Source: Octopus vulgaris
Lineage: Eukaryota
Direction of reading: 5' to 3'
DNA: 64,000 nt
Assembly (NCBI GenBank): GCA_951406725.2
Contig: OX597820.1
Span: forward strand, 9,548,001 to 9,612,000
This document shows positions 63,779 to 64,000 of the stretch, in pieces. The translations under genes and the position numbers were made by a program. How positions within the stretch are numbered: position 1 is the first letter of the stretch; each line of letters starts with the position of its first letter. Under the pieces are notes generated by a model that searched no databases, was not told where the DNA came from, and worked only from the letters and a program-made list of their open reading frames with translations.

Positions 63779-64000
63779 TATGGAGATGAAAGAAAAACCG
63801 ACGCTTTTGTTTGTAAATGCACCCATAAATGCTTATACATTCATAACCACAAATAAACAGGCGCATATTTGAGTGCATTTACTCACCCACACTGCACATA
63901 TAAATGCATATCATTGAATACACTTGTGCACACACATACACACACAAGCATGTACACACACACAAACCTACATCCACATCTGTTTATATACACACTTTCA

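Overview
AT-rich, repeat-dense eukaryotic genomic DNA. The repeat families, (GAT)n-tailed RTE LINEs and (TA)n microsatellites look like an octopus/coleoid cephalopod genome (inference). One host gene can be fully reconstructed on the minus strand: CNDP2 (cytosolic non-specific dipeptidase, M20 family), with 14 coding exons from 45859 to 9139, all GT-AG and phase-consistent, giving 1410 nt / 469 aa with all metal and catalytic motifs present. The rest is mostly transposon debris: at least four tRNA-derived SINE families, RTE and CR1-like LINEs, a Penelope-like GIY-YIG remnant, mariner/Tc1/pogo/hAT/TTAA MITEs and Helitron-like elements. Most notable observations: (1) a TSD-flanked three-part retrocopy U6 snRNA + 5.8S rRNA + SINE in the last CNDP2 intron; (2) a tRNA-headed SINE carrying a hammerhead-ribozyme motif, with a Penelope-style inverted partial copy and a 13-bp TSD, plus several other minimal hammerhead-like motifs; (3) RTE LINEs with a PHD-type finger inside the RT domain and a hairpin tandem array in the 3' UTR; (4) two locally templated duplications whose direction can be inferred; (5) several fold-back palindromes in introns. 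Coordinates were counted by hand; repeat boundaries are approximate.
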